In this document: positions 37,801-49,385 of the stretch, in pieces
Layout of the letters: the number at the start of each line of letters is the position of its first letter
How positions within the stretch are numbered: the first letter of the stretch is position 1
Made by a program: the position numbers and the translations under genes
Notes under the pieces: model-generated
The model's input: the letters and a program-made list of their open reading frames with translations, nothing else
The model's database searches: none
Told to the model about the DNA's origin: nothing
Origin: Auanema rhodensis
Taxonomy: Eukaryota; Animalia; Nematoda
Length of the DNA stretch: 64,000 nucleotides
NCBI GenBank assembly: GCA_964057225.1
Contig: OZ059894.1
Span: 7,626,001-7,690,000 of the forward strand
Direction of reading: 5' to 3'

Positions 37801-40800
37801 CACATTTTAAAGCATAGACATAAGCAGTGCGGTTGTTGTCACACACAAGTTATGAATTGACAATTTGAAAAACTTTTTTTTTTTGAATTTACTCCAAAAA
37901 AAAAATTTATTTTTAAAAATTTAAAAAAGAAAGACAAATTACCTGTCGAGATCGTTGTTCATATGGATTGGAATAATTATAAAAATTTTCATGAACACTA
38001 ACTTTCCGACGATCAAACTAAAATAATAATATTATTAGTATTGTTTATATATACCTTCGTAATGTGAAAATGAAAGAGATAAATAAAAATATGGATTATA
38101 TAGGATGCAACTCACCTTATACGGAAATGACGTTCGGGAAGTATTAGAAAAAGTAGTATTATTATTGTTATTGCTTGAATTATCATTATTATTCGTTGTA
38201 GAATTATTATTATTATTATTATATTGTTGCCAGTAATGATCATTTTGGTATGCAGGTTGTTGCTGCTGCTGCTGCTGTTGTTGTTGTTGTTGTTGATTTA
38301 TTTGATTATGAAAACTATCTTGAGGATAGTAAGTCTGTGGTTGTGGCTGCCTTTGTGGTTGCGGTGGTGTTTGTTGTTGTTGAGGTGGTTGTTGCTGTTG
38401 TTGCTGATGTTGCTGTTCAAGCGGTTGCTGTGCTCGCTGCTGAGTTCGTTGAGGCTGATGATTAGAAAAAGGCTTAGCAAACATGGAGAAGTTCTAAAAC
38501 GAGTATATTAGGATACACATAATTCATCTTAAACAACAAAAAAAAAGTTAATTTACACGATAATAACTTTCTTCTTCTTCAAAACATGAAAAGCATAGTT
38601 AAAAGGTAGGTGGGATGAAACAAAACATATAAAATCTTACGGTATTCATAGGAGAATCTAGACGAGGTGGAGAAAACTGTCTCTTAGGCTCGTAAATTGG
38701 AGGTTGAACGGAATTGTTCTAAAAATAATATTATACAAATTAAATTAATATATAAATATATAAAGACAAATAAATTGAATATAAATTTTCCAGAGTAACG
38801 TGAAAACTAAGCAGACCTCATAGAAAGAGTTGCACTGCCGTTCATTCGTTGGAGCATATCCAAAGCTCTGATATCCCGAGCCCGAATTCTGAAAAAAGAA
38901 GTATTTTGTGCCAAGTAAAACCACCTCAATGCAAAAAAACAAGAACAGAAAACAAATTATCATAATATTAATTTTATTTTACCTTCTGTCCTGTATAGTA
39001 GGTTGGATAACATTGAAAAGAAATCGACCGCCGGGGTGAATCGGCGACTGTATCATAGGTACCCGCCACGATTCCTATAAAAGAAAGTATCAGTTAATTA
39101 AAATAAAGAAAGAAAAAAAGATATTAAGAGGCTTCAAATACGAAAAAAAAATTATATGGGAGAATATAGTAGAAAGGAGGTGAATATACATATATAATAC
39201 AGGTAAGACAAATCATATGAAAATGACATGAATAAAGAAATATAAAATGATAGAATTTAAATAAAAAGAAATTTTTTTTCTACTAATGGTATCGTGAAAA
39301 AAAAATAAAGCTGAAAGCTGTGATGAATGAGCTTGAGTTCAGCATACGAATGCTAGAAAAAAAGAATGAATATTCAATTTGCCAATGAAAGAAACAATTG
39401 CAAAACAAAATAAAATGAGTTGGCAAACACTGATTGCCAGAAATGGAATGAAAACATTTTAAAAATCATAGAATATTAGTGATTAGGCTTCAATCACAAT
39501 TCATATTCCTCATAACTACACCATCAAATCGTCCGCCCATTAGACCGTGTTAGACGTTTCTCCCTAGATTTCTTTGGCCCCTTCACATTCATTGTTGTCG
39601 AATATAGAGAACAGTATGGTAGTTTGTCGACAAATGGAGAAATGACCGTATATATGAATTGAATTCAAAAGAATGAAAATGAAATTTGTCATAGAAGTTA
39701 GCTGATGAGAAAAGGCTATGAGACGGTTACGTTAATTGAAAAAATGCTTGTCAAGCCGACTGGGGAACAAAGAAGAAAAGAAAATGGAATTGTCATATGC
39801 ATGATATGATGGCATGAGAATCATAATCACAAGGAGTAGAAAAGGAAAAAGCAACATTCCGTTTGAAAGCAAGTAAATAAGAAAAAAAAATCTTGAAACA
39901 AGCAAATACAATTAGACAAACACGACCAAGGTGCACACAATCTTAAGATGAACGATTTCATACTACACATACAGAAGCGACGGATCTAAGACATAACAGG
40001 ATAAAATGAATTTGCTTGTCTAACACACAATATAACAATTTAAATGAATTAGAGATTTTTTTTATTTTCAATTTAATTGAAGTAAAATTATTGCAGAGCT
40101 CACGCGTAATTGTCCCTAATTCGCACTTGCGAACTTCGTTAACAATGGGAAAAAATTTAAAAAAAAAATAGTAAATACCATTACTTAACATAAACATAAT
40201 AAATGTTTAAAAAAAAGAAGACTAATGGTTGCGTACGGGGTTTAGGCATGGCGATGAGCAAATATGTCAAGTGTTGCTTCTCACCGAGAAAACAGAGTTT
40301 GTGAATGTTAAAAGATGATTTTATCACTAATGCTTCTACTAACTGTCACTACACCTTAGTACGCTTCTAATACAATGGTGCTGTTTTTACAGGCCGACAG
40401 CAGCAACACCCGCAACAGTAACGACAAGAACGATGGTTCAGATGTTGATGACATATAAGTGACCAAAGATAGAAAATGAAATTTCAGAATCAATGAAGAT
40501 TATTAGAAAAGAAGTGGAATATATTCTAATTATAATCAATAACAGCAAAATAGAAATGTTGTTTGAATTATGAAGCTTTATGACTCTGTCCTTCTAGTCT
40601 GAGTTGAATGGAAAAAAATGGAGCCCGAAAGAATGAACAAAACTCTCTTCTGATTCTATCATCATTCAAATAAACTCTTTTTCTCTGTCAATCTCTTTGT
40701 CTACATTATTTTTTGCCTTGCTCCTTATCATATAGTGGCGTATGCGTATAGATGGAGACATTTTCAATGATAATTTTAAAAGAGAATTTGTAAGAAGAGA

Positions 40801-41518
40801 GAGAAAATAAAACATAAGAAAAAGATAGGGAGAAAGAAAAGAAACGAAAGAGAGAATTATGAGAAAGAAATGGATTGAGAGATAAAGGATAGCGAGATAA
40901 AGAACAAGATGGATGCCTTAATTTGGTCATCTGTAATGCAAAATGAAACATTATTTTAAAGAATTGTCAATAAATGTTGAATGTTAAGAGGATTAATAAG
41001 TGAGACAGGTGAAATATTACCAATATTCCAAATTCTATGAAGTTTAATAACATAAAAAGTTGTAAATAAGGGGAATGAAACATTTTCATATACGATAACA
41101 TACTGATGAATCAAAATACAAATCATTTTTTGATTTCTTGAGCTACTGTAATGTAAAAAATTGTCTCTTTGAACTCAGTAAAAGATAACAAAAACAGTTT
41201 AAACGAATTTAGAGACTTGGGTGTTATCGATAAAAAGATAAAAAATTTTCTCTTGGCCAAGAACAAGAAAAGTAAAAAAGAGTGAAGGGGAGAGTGAGAG
41301 AAAAAGAACTGAAATGAAAACGACTTTTCGTTTGGCAGACAGATAGGTAAAAAGAAAAAGATAGCACAAATGAACTAAAGAGAAAGAGAAAGAGAGAACC
41401 AAATACCTCCGACAGAAAACTTTTTTTGTCTCCCAAATTTCTTCAGCTTTTTACTCTGGCAGATCAGGTTTTCGACAGTTTTCGGGAGCCAAAATTTGAA
41501 AATAGGCAGCTTATTCAT
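19730..41518 (-). CDS. saeg-1: ELM2-SANT / C2H2 zinc-finger transcriptional co-repressor, SAEG-1 (TRERF1/MIDEAS/ZNF541 family); 21 coding exons, about 1069 aa
   Basis: Hand-spliced exons in transcript order: 41407-41518, 38983-39074, 38817-38888, 38641-38718, 38116-38493, 37943-38017, 36741-36917, 36371-36486, 29020-29086, 25988-26175, 22315-22435, 21497-21936, 21305-21450, 20964-21235, 20785-20913, 20598-20734, 20399-20525, 20233-20346, 20027-20188, 19885-19980, 19730-19840. Total 3210 nt, all junctions phase-compatible, no internal stop. Motifs: YTPPPILSPMRNGSGLF, HINIGSNYQA (ELM2 start), WSPEEIATFQDAIYKTEKDF...CVEFYYMWKK (SANT), CRLCDKCFEKVKSLNAHMKSH (C2H2). Family recognised from memory of these motifs, not from a search; the first exon is the least certain. 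Confidence 0.88.
19885..19980 (-). CDS. saeg-1: saeg-1 exon 20
   Basis: TTGCAG acceptor, CAG|GTAACA donor, 96 nt, phase 0. Confidence 0.85.
20027..20188 (-). CDS. saeg-1: saeg-1 exon 19, C2H2 second half (SLNAHMKSH) plus polyQ
   Basis: TTTTAG acceptor, CAG|GTATTA donor, 162 nt. Confidence 0.92.
20233..20346 (-). CDS. saeg-1: saeg-1 exon 18, C2H2 finger first half (ADGFFHCRLCDKCFEKVK)
   Basis: TCTCAG acceptor, AAG|GTATTA donor, 114 nt. Confidence 0.92.
20399..20525 (-). CDS. saeg-1: saeg-1 exon 17
   Basis: TTTGCAG acceptor, ATT|GTAAAT donor, phase 2 to 0. Confidence 0.82.
20598..20734 (-). CDS. saeg-1: saeg-1 exon 16
   Basis: TTGTAG acceptor, TT|GTAAGT donor, open frame, phase 0 to 2. Confidence 0.87.
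20785..20913 (-). CDS. saeg-1: saeg-1 exon 15, SANT C-part (VGSKSNTECVEFYYMWKK...RRKRQLLELNLNQ)
   Basis: TATAG acceptor; ends at a non-canonical CAG|GCAAGC donor. Confidence 0.9.
20964..21235 (-). CDS. saeg-1: saeg-1 exon 14, ELM2 C-part and SANT N-part
   Basis: NLELALHLLMENSGNIEAA...WSPEEIATFQDAIYKTEKDFIQVSQE; TTTTCAG acceptor, GAG|GTATTA donor. Confidence 0.95.
21305..21450 (-). CDS. saeg-1: saeg-1 exon 13, ELM2 domain N-part (HINIGSNYQAKV...)
   Basis: TTTTCAG acceptor, A|GTTTGT donor; I-x-I-G-x-x-Y-Q-A is the ELM2 signature. Confidence 0.92.
21497..21936 (-). CDS. saeg-1: saeg-1 exon 12, Ser-rich/acidic linker
   Basis: TTGCAG acceptor, GC|GTAAGA donor, 440 nt, same frame as ORF 21493..22002. 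Confidence 0.9.
22315..22435 (-). CDS. saeg-1: saeg-1 exon 11 with the family motif HLRAPR...YTPPPILSPMRNGSGLF
   Basis: TTTCAG acceptor, CAG|GTAATT donor; the motif matches the TRERF1/MIDEAS YTPPPxLSPxRxGSGL block. Confidence 0.92.
24746..24825 (-). CDS. candidate internal alternative first exon of saeg-1 (MSLSCMRTQPESKIGCCPEVAMLYGC)
   Basis: ATG at 24825, strong AT|GTGAGT donor, phase 2 matching exon 22315-22435; lies in a GC-richer island. Confidence 0.35.
25988..26175 (-). CDS. saeg-1: saeg-1 exon 10 (VDVVRKTSL...RKASLMASK)
   Basis: TTTCAG acceptor, AG|GTATTC donor, phase 0 to 2. Confidence 0.85.
29020..29086 (-). CDS. saeg-1: saeg-1 exon 9 (MLSPPMTTRHMIKMDPPSSPME)
   Basis: TTGCAG acceptor, GAG|GTAAGC donor, phase 2 to 0; bridges exons 8 and 10 exactly. 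Confidence 0.82.
31001..31023. repeat. (ATG)n trinucleotide repeat
   Basis: atgatgatgatgatgatgatgat in intron 8. Confidence 0.85.
32305..32350. repeat. imperfect (AAT)n repeat
   Basis: aataat runs in intron 8. Confidence 0.8.
34203..34220. promoter_or_regulatory. tandem palindromic E-boxes ATCACGTG-TT-CACGTGAT
   Basis: two perfect CACGTG 2 bp apart in intron 8; function inferred. Confidence 0.4.
36371..36486 (-). CDS. saeg-1: saeg-1 exon 8 (NSHRKLSMPEPQTPPVAYPNHHPIPSPSLERRKTSLAE)
   Basis: CAACAG acceptor after a T-run, CC|GTAAGT donor, phase 0 to 2. Confidence 0.85.
36741..36917 (-). CDS. saeg-1: saeg-1 exon 7 with the (PEFK)5 TDFK (TEFK)2 repeat
   Basis: TTTCAG acceptor, TTG|GTATGT donor, 177 nt, phase 0; the coding frame differs from both ORFs the track lists here. 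Confidence 0.82.
36798..36893 (-). repeat. coding 12-bp tandem repeat, 8 units
   Basis: CCAGAGTTTAAA CCCGAGTTCAAA CCGGAATTCAAA CCAGAGTTCAAG CCGGAATTCAAA ACTGACTTCAAA ACTGAATTCAAA ACTGAATTCAAA. Confidence 0.95.
37943..38017 (-). CDS. saeg-1: saeg-1 exon 6 (FDRRKVSVHENFYNYSNPYEQRSRQ)
   Basis: TTTTAG acceptor, CAG|GTAATT donor, 75 nt, phase 0. Confidence 0.82.
38116..38493 (-). CDS. saeg-1: saeg-1 exon 5, polyQ / polyN low-complexity region
   Basis: TTTTAG acceptor, AAG|GTGAGT donor, 378 nt, same frame as ORF 38035..38484. Confidence 0.85.
38641..38718 (-). CDS. saeg-1: saeg-1 exon 4 (NNSVQPPIYEPKRQFSPPRLDSPMNT)
   Basis: TTTTTAG acceptor, ACC|GTAAGA donor, 78 nt, phase 0. Confidence 0.82.
38817..38888 (-). 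CDS. saeg-1: saeg-1 exon 3 (NSGSGYQSFGYAPTNERQCNSFYE)
   Basis: TTTTCAG acceptor, GAG|GTCTGC donor, 72 nt, phase 0. Confidence 0.8.
38983..39074 (-). CDS. saeg-1: saeg-1 exon 2 (IVAGTYDTVADSPRRSISFQCYPTYYTGQK)
   Basis: TATAG acceptor, AAG|GTAAAA donor, open frame, phase 1 to 0. Confidence 0.8.
41407..41518 (-). CDS. saeg-1: saeg-1 candidate first coding exon (MNKLPIFKFWLPKTVENLICQSKKLKKFGRQKKFSVG)
   Basis: Acceptor TTTCACAG ends at 41548, with an in-frame stop upstream of the ATG at 41518. Donor G|GTATTT is phase 1 and matches the next exon, which has no ATG of its own. Confidence 0.55.
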
Positions 41519-44500
41519 AATTGGATAGCCAGAGCAATATTCTCAAACTGTGAAAAATAAAAAAAGTATAAATACAAAAACCCAAAATTTCAAAAAATAT
41601 CAATTTTTCTGTAGTTTTTATTCTCAGTTATCATCTGGTCTCGAAAACAAAGAATTGATGCAAAAGGCAATAAGAAAGTGAAAAGAATAACAACCTAAAT
41701 GAAAGTTGTTGAAGATTTGTAAAGATAAAAAAGGTTAGAAGACCTTTAAAACACGAATAAAATGTTGGACTGAAAGAAAAAAATATTTGTTGCATTATGA
41801 AAAACACGATGTAATGATGTAAGAGATATATTATATTGTGAAGTTATAGTTAAGAATTGGAAATGAACAAGAGGAAGTTCAGAGAGTTTTCAGTAGTTTT
41901 AGTTTCTTTGTTCGGCAGCGATGAAGGGATCGACGTACTCAGATTTTCAAAAACGTAGACAAATAAAGTATCAGATAGCCATAGAATATTAAGAATTCTT
42001 CTTCTGTTTAAGAATTGAAAATAGAAGAAGTAGACGGAAAATTGAGAAGAAAATTATAAAAAAGGAGAGAGAAAGAAAAAAAAATGTAGTTAGTTACATA
42101 TGTATATTATATATTATATATCCATACATGAGGCAAAAATTATTTCTATAATTCATTGAATATTATATGAAAATGGCAATAGAAGTAAAATATCGACTCA
42201 AAAAAATTAAACAAATTTCAAAGAAATCGGTAAAAGTTATAACTATTATCATCTAATGCACAAAGTATTGTTGATTATAACATGTGAAGTAATAATAGAA
42301 GTATTGAACACGAAGAGAGAGAGAGAGAAAGAGAGAGAAAGAGATACAGCACATGAACAACTGAAAATGAAAAAGGTGGGACTAGGAAGGAGATGGAAGA
42401 AGAAGAAGTAGAAGAAGGGATGGCACTTTGATATACTTGTTGATAATTTTATAACAAGATGAAGTAGTAGGCAAAGAAATAGAAATCGACGACTGAGATG
42501 AAAACGAAATCGACCAGAAATGAGAAGGAAAACAGAATGAAAACATACACAAAAACATGAAACGACTGATGTTTAAAGGTAGCATAAAGCATTAACATAT
42601 GGAAATAAGATGAATAGCGGTAGCAAAGTAGCGAAGAACAACCGTTCATTATGTTTCTAAAAATAAAAATGATTTCAGTTGTTCACATGAATGCGTACGA
42701 AAGCTTATGTAATATTGATAAGATGACGATGATGACAGAAGAACTAACAATGATTACGATCACATAATGTATGAAATCTGTCTTTGATTATTGAATTTTA
42801 TTTTAGATATCGATAATTCTCTTTCTAATTTGCACTTTATAGGTAGTATCGATAGGCTTCTATCAAAAGGAAATATTATAGTGGCTAGAGAACCTGATAA
42901 ACTTGTATATTCAAGTTGTCTGGCAGATTATAGTGATAACTTCAAAGGATTGTAGAATTACGAATACGAGAATAAGAATACAAAATAGTTAGAAGGCTTT
43001 TCGAATACAAGGATCAGAAGCATGTTTTCAGTTCATTTGGATTAGAGAAAATCGCAATAATGAGAGTATATTTGAAGGGAAAGACAGATTCGAAGTAAAA
43101 AAATATAAGAGAATTTGAAGAAAAAATTCAAATTCAAATCGTATGTCTTGATAGTATCGTTGGCGGATGAAGTTGACGAGAAATTTTTCAGAGAACCACA
43201 GCATTAGAGATATGTTATTAGAGATGGCCTCACTAGCAATCAAAACCGGTATTATGATTATGATGAAAGCGATCAGAAATAGAAAAAAATTAAAATATAA
43301 AAGAAAAAAAGCTTTGTTTAAGAGAGAGAGAGAGAGACAGTTTAATAGAGTTGACATAACATAATGACTCCGCAAGTAATTTAACAACCTTATTATGATC
43401 TGCTATATAGTGACTAAATGAAATACTTGTGAACATCACGTGAAATACAGTCACTGATGCTCTTCAGTGAAAGCAGTTCAAGATGTTTTTAAAATTTTTT
43501 TATTATTTTACTTATCGTGGTTGATACAATCATCACTTTTGATTATTAGTATCTCTCCATGTCCGTCCAAAAACCTTCAGCTGCTTTCTTTCTCTTCTAC
43601 CCTCTCATGTTCATTTCAATCATCAGACAGAGCAATACTTCGTAGAGAGAATACAAAATAAAATAAATAAAAGGTCAAATAAATTACGTAAAACACTTGA
43701 CGAACACTAGAATGGCATCTGGTATAAGCAGTGAAAAATTGGATAAAGATTGTAAAATTATTGACATTCTTGAAGTATAAAGAGAAATATGTATGATGAG
43801 AATGATCAGAAAAAAAAACTTAGTGGAAATACTATCAAATAAGGTGAACATGATGAAGATGAAGATGATAGTATTATGAAGAACATATCAATGATAGATA
43901 AATTCATATACGATGACCTGTTTATCTCAAGTTATTTCTTTTTTTTTTGAAAAACATCGATGTGTAAGTAGGAAGAGTGTCGTAAGAAGATGATAATAAT
44001 AGTTACAACATCCATATTTAGCTTATAGATAATAATGAATTTTAATAATAAGAGTAGATAAACCTTATTGTGATGTTAAGTGTGATTTTCTCAGAAACAC
44101 ACAGAAAAATCAAAGAAAAGAAAAGACAATCAAAAGTCTTATCTGAAGTCAGTCAAAAGGACATTACTATTAAGTGTGACCAGTAGAGAAATTTAATGAA
44201 ATAATCGAAGTAAACAGCCTAAAACTGCCACTACTAGCAATCTTTATTTGAAAAATTGAGAATGAATCGGGTTAAAGAAGAAACACAACAGGACAAAAAT
44301 ACATGAGAAAGAGAGAGAGAGATAAAAGACAGGATGAGAGAGGAAGAGAGTAAATGTGATAGAGCAGCAAAGTTAAAATTTGAAAAGATAGTAAGAACGC
44401 TGAAAGAAATTCGATAAAACGAAGATATAAGCAACTTTTATTATTTTGAGCATCAAAGGATAAAAAGTTTTTTAATATTGGTCAGAGTAACTCAAGAAAA

Positions 44501-45790
44501 TAAAAAAATTTTCTTGAAAATAAATTCGAAATTGGTCTGAAAAAAAAAAGAAAAACAAGACTAGAAACAACTCAAGAAGTATTTGTGAAAACACAGTACT
44601 CTGCCGTTGTCTATTAACCGTTTTCTTTAAAAAGAACTTTTTCTTACTATGTATTACTACTTAGGGATGATTTGGAGAAGCCACATACACAAACACAGGC
44701 ACACAATACATACACATTGTCTTTATATATCCATTTTCTTCGTTATAAAGAAGATAACAGTTGGGAAATTCAGAACAGAAAATTAAAAATGATGTTTTTG
44801 GTTTCACAGCTTACAGCAATATGACAAATTTATAAACAGAGTCTCAGATCTATTCCTATCATATTCAGCCATCATACAAGCTATTTGAGCAGAAAAACAG
44901 TTTTATAAAAAAAAGCTGAAATAATTTGTAAGTTTTCATCAAAAATGAGCTGAAGAAAAAAGAAAATTAAGTATAAAACTGGCAAATCTGAAAACAAAAT
45001 TCAGCAATTGTTCAATCATATGCATGACTGGTGTGAAAAAGAAGTTGAAGACAAAAATTAAGTGAAAAATAAATATTTTTTGGCAATCAAATTGGTACAG
45101 AAACTGTGTGAATGTGAGCTTATACGATATTGCTGGATAATATCGATGCTTATCTGCAGGATTTCACATTTTTCATTTGTTGAGAAGTTCGATACAACGA
45201 GTCATAGTTTTACGTTAGATAAACGTAAAAAGGGACAAGATGAGAAAGATAGAAATGACATGGAACGAAGGTGACATCTTTAATTAGAAAAATAATATAA
45301 TTAAAAGAAAAAAAGAAATAGAGAGAAAGAAGACGAAAAAAAAAAGAATTAGAACATAGATTATAGATGATGATCTTAACAACATTAAAAGAAATGATAA
45401 AGAAAATGGAATAAAATGCATATAATGAAACAATAAAACATGGAGAATAGTATGGGTAACAAATAATTTTCAAGAGCACTACAAATGATTGTGAGGGAAG
45501 AAGTTTGAAAGTGTTGCCTTGCAATATGAAAAGAAAAGAGCTTATGAGAGAGTCTGATAGAAAAAGAAGGCACAAACGAAAAGTGAGAATAAGAAAAAGA
45601 TGAAAAGAGGAATATAAAGAATAGCAGAAAGAGAGAGAGAGAGAGAAAGGAAGGAGGGAAATGATATACTAGAATGCAGTATCGTAATGAAGATTGGCCA
45701 TCAAATTTTTTTTCAATTAAGTGCAAAGCACAATAAATTTTTTGTGTGTTTATGCATGTGTTTTTGTTTTTTTTTTGCAAAAACAGCAAC

Positions 45791-45794
<4 letters not shown>

Positions 45795-45887
<93 letters not shown>
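45795..45887. repeat. (AT)n microsatellite, about 46 units
   Basis: uninterrupted ATAT run. Confidence 0.97.
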
Positions 45888-45888
<1 letters not shown>

Positions 45889-48800
45889 CTACAATAAATA
45901 TATAGAAATATGTTTCAAATCGTGACGATGGCAACAGATAATGAACATAGATTCACACAAAATATGCTTCTGATACTCTAAACAACTGCTTGTTTTTCTT
46001 GATGATATTCGTAGTACTCGAGCGGGGGGTAATGGCAAAGAATATGAAGAAAAAGTTTGAAAAAGCCAAACGAAATTGTAATTTGATTACATCATCACCA
46101 GGGAAAAATGTGTTCATGGAAGCTTCATAACGGTTTTTGGGAAAGCATCTAAACAATCAAAAATGGCACAGGGAGCTTCTAAAAATTCATAAGAATTTGG
46201 GTAGACTCCAAAGAGACAGGGAACACACACACACACATACACAAATACACACACAAACCCCTCACCACGTGTCAAAATAGCAAAGTTTTCAACAGTTTTC
46301 AATATTTCATGCGGAAAAAAAAGAGTAAACGAACTATTCGGAGAGAAAGAGATTGTGAGTGAAAAAAAAAGAAAAGGGTGGGTTAGTTCATTTTTTTTCT
46401 TTGAACAGATGGTTTTGCCTTTTGAGAAGATGCTTGCCTGTTTGCCGAAACCATTCAACATCAGCCCCAGCCATTTTTCTCGGCTGTTTAGCTTTCTTGA
46501 GATTTTACTTTGACAACATTCAGAAATTAGACGAGATGCTGAAAATTTTCTGAAATGATGCAGAATGCAGAAAGCCCTCTGTCAACAAACAAAATTTTCA
46601 ATTATGTAAATCTCACTACTACTCGCAGTTTATTCTATATATTCAATAAGAAGTAGTTGAACAGAAGCAAATTTAAAAATGAAAGCAAATGTCATACATT
46701 TGAGAAGAAAATAATGAGAAGATTGAATAAAAAAAAGAAAGAAGGAATAAAAGGAGATCTAGATTCAGTCAGAGCAAGAGATCAAGCAAGAGGATGTCGG
46801 AAAAGATAGAACAAGGAAGAGACCAAATGGTAGTCTGAATGAAGTCGGAAAAGAAGTATGTAAGTTAGAAAATAAGAGAGTAAGATATAGAGAGAAAGAG
46901 AAACGAAGATAGAGAAATAGAGAAAGTTGATGTAGGAGTAAAAAGAAAAGAAAAGAAGTATTCATTGAGTGAACACAGAGAATTTGAACGATGTCAGCGG
47001 AAGTCTGATTCTTATTATGATGATGACGTGAACTTATTAATGCTACTTTTAGTCGAAGAAATATAAAAAAAGATGAAGAAGATGAAGACAAGAGTGAGTT
47101 AGTTGAAGAGAATGTAGAGAAAATGGAAACAAGACACAAGACGACAGACAACATTGCTGCCTAGTATAAAGAGAAATATGCAACAAGTGAAAGAGGGCGA
47201 GAGAGTGAATTTCTCGGAGAGTTCGGCATGCTTTCCGGGTCTAAAAATGTGCCAAAAACGCTGTGAATGTTTGTAATGAGAAAATCGTGATGTTAATAAG
47301 AAGAAATTAGCTGAATATTTAGAGTGATGAGTTACTATTTCCTTAATTTAATTTTGTCTTGAAAGCTATTAGTATAATAAACTTATCTATTTTTTTATGT
47401 GGTGATAAAGTGAAAAAAATAGAAAAAAAGAGCTATGTATGAGAAAGAAAGAAAGAAAAGAAAGAAAGAGTAGGAGTTTAGAAAAACATTAAAGAAAAGC
47501 TTTAAGACTTTTTGTGTTGCTTGAAGAACAGGAAGAATATCCACGCAGATCCATTCTTAACATGGTTTTCTTGAGAAAACATTGAGCATGAATGTAGTAG
47601 TAGAGTGTCAACGCAGAAAAAAAAAGAGAATACAACTAGAAACTACATGTGCGTAGGTCCTTCAGCACAACAACTTTTTTGACTCTTTTAGTTAAGTGAA
47701 GCTACTTTCAGCTTATTTTAAAAAAATTTGTTAACTACTACCACGTCTTTCAGTCAACTAAATCTTTAGTATCTTTCTCCGCTCATCGTTTTTTCCTCTT
47801 ACAGCTGGGAATGTCAGATTGTTCTTCCATAAATGTTAAAGATAATTGTCTCAGATTGCAATGAGCTGAATGAAGATGATAGAAAAAAGATGACCTTTTT
47901 ATGTAGTTCATGATCAATTTCACATCAAACACCCTTTACAGCTGACTAAGCTTGATCCAAATAAATCAAAATCTTTAAGTGAAATGACGAATAACGAAAA
48001 ACCCTTTCAAATCCAGAACAATACCGAGTGAAATTATTGTTTTTGATTGTTTAAGATATGCTTAGACGACAGCAACAGAATATAGAAGAAGTGCATCTGA
48101 ATAACGCATGGTCGCCAGGGACTTATTATTCTGAAAAAGACAAATGAGTCACCAATTCGGCAATTGAATACAGATTTCAAGCTTATTATAAAATGAAAAT
48201 GATGCAGCGAAAACGAAGTTTGTAACAAGTTCAAACAATTCGATGAGGTTTGGAGGTAATCCAATTTCGTAAATACATATTGCAAGTTGGATGATAAATA
48301 ATTTCAAACAAATGAAAAGCTTGTCCGAAGCGTGTGGGCAAGGACAACATCTAACCTAGAAATCCAACCACTCTTTGCGATAATCATGGAAAAATAAAAT
48401 TCGTTTTTAGTCAATTCACGTGGGTCACGTAAAGATAAATGATGATATAAATATTTTAAGATGTTAAAGCTTATGTTATGAATATAAGACAAGTCAGAAA
48501 AATATTTGAATATATAGCATATAAAATGACAAGAATGAATAAGAAAACGGAAAAAAGTCATTGGATAAAATGATAAATAACTCGAAATGTTTCTTTATTT
48601 CTGTCATATATGGATAAGAAAGAAGTGCAAAAATTCGAAAATTTAGCCGTTGTGTTAGCTTGACGACAAAAGACCAAAAAATCGGATAGAAAAGTGACAA
48701 GCAAAAAGAAGAATAAGAAGAAAAGAACGTAGAAGAAGATACCGAAAAAAAACGTAACCAGGTGAGACTTTTCATTGCATATTCTGGAAGAAAACAAAAG

Positions 48801-49377
48801 AGTTGCTAACAAACGCGAAGTCCATAAAAACTACATCAGCAAGCTGTTGATGCTTTAGGCTCACTAAATAATAAGAGATATTTTGGCTACATCTTTACAC
48901 TTTCAAGGGCTAACTTTGTAGTTCTTTTTTTACCCCTTTTTCTCGAAAGTTCAGTTGAAAACAAGGAGTAAGGGAGGAAAGAACGATTGGTTTGCAAATC
49001 AAAAGTGCCCTAGGGCATGATCTACATAGCCGAAACATAAGACATTCAGCAGGGAAAAGAGAAAAATATTAGGAAAAATGTCTCAATATGGTTTGAAACG
49101 AGATGAATGGGTTATGCATCAGATGCTGCTTTGTTAGCTATTTTTGATTGTCAGGTTGATTGAACATGCTTCTACAAGAGAGTATGAGAAAAGGAGGAGA
49201 ATCAGAAGAGCTTGCTAGCTAGAAATTCAGCTAGCATGGCTAACACTTTGTCATATTTCAATAGAATAAAAGGAAAACCGTCTTAAATGATTTTGATCAT
49301 ATCAGTTCAGTTAGATTATTCATTTTCTGCCTTTTTTAAAACGTAATGTGTCATAGCTCAGGATAGATTCAGAGATA

Positions 49378-49385
49378 TGACGTCA
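49378..49385. promoter_or_regulatory. perfect CRE (TGACGTCA)
   Basis: exact motif; further copies at 58469-58476 and 61996-62003; function inferred. Confidence 0.35.

Noticed and set aside
38224-38511. Poly-Leu and poly-Val/Ala ORFs on the + strand
   Set aside because: Antisense shadows of the polyQ exon.
40393-40458. Plus-strand exon-like stretch after TTTTTACAG (ADSSNTRNSNDKNDGSDVDDI*)
   Set aside because: Short, low complexity, no partner exons found.
45687-45934. YIYIYI ORFs
   Set aside because: Translation of the (AT)n microsatellite.
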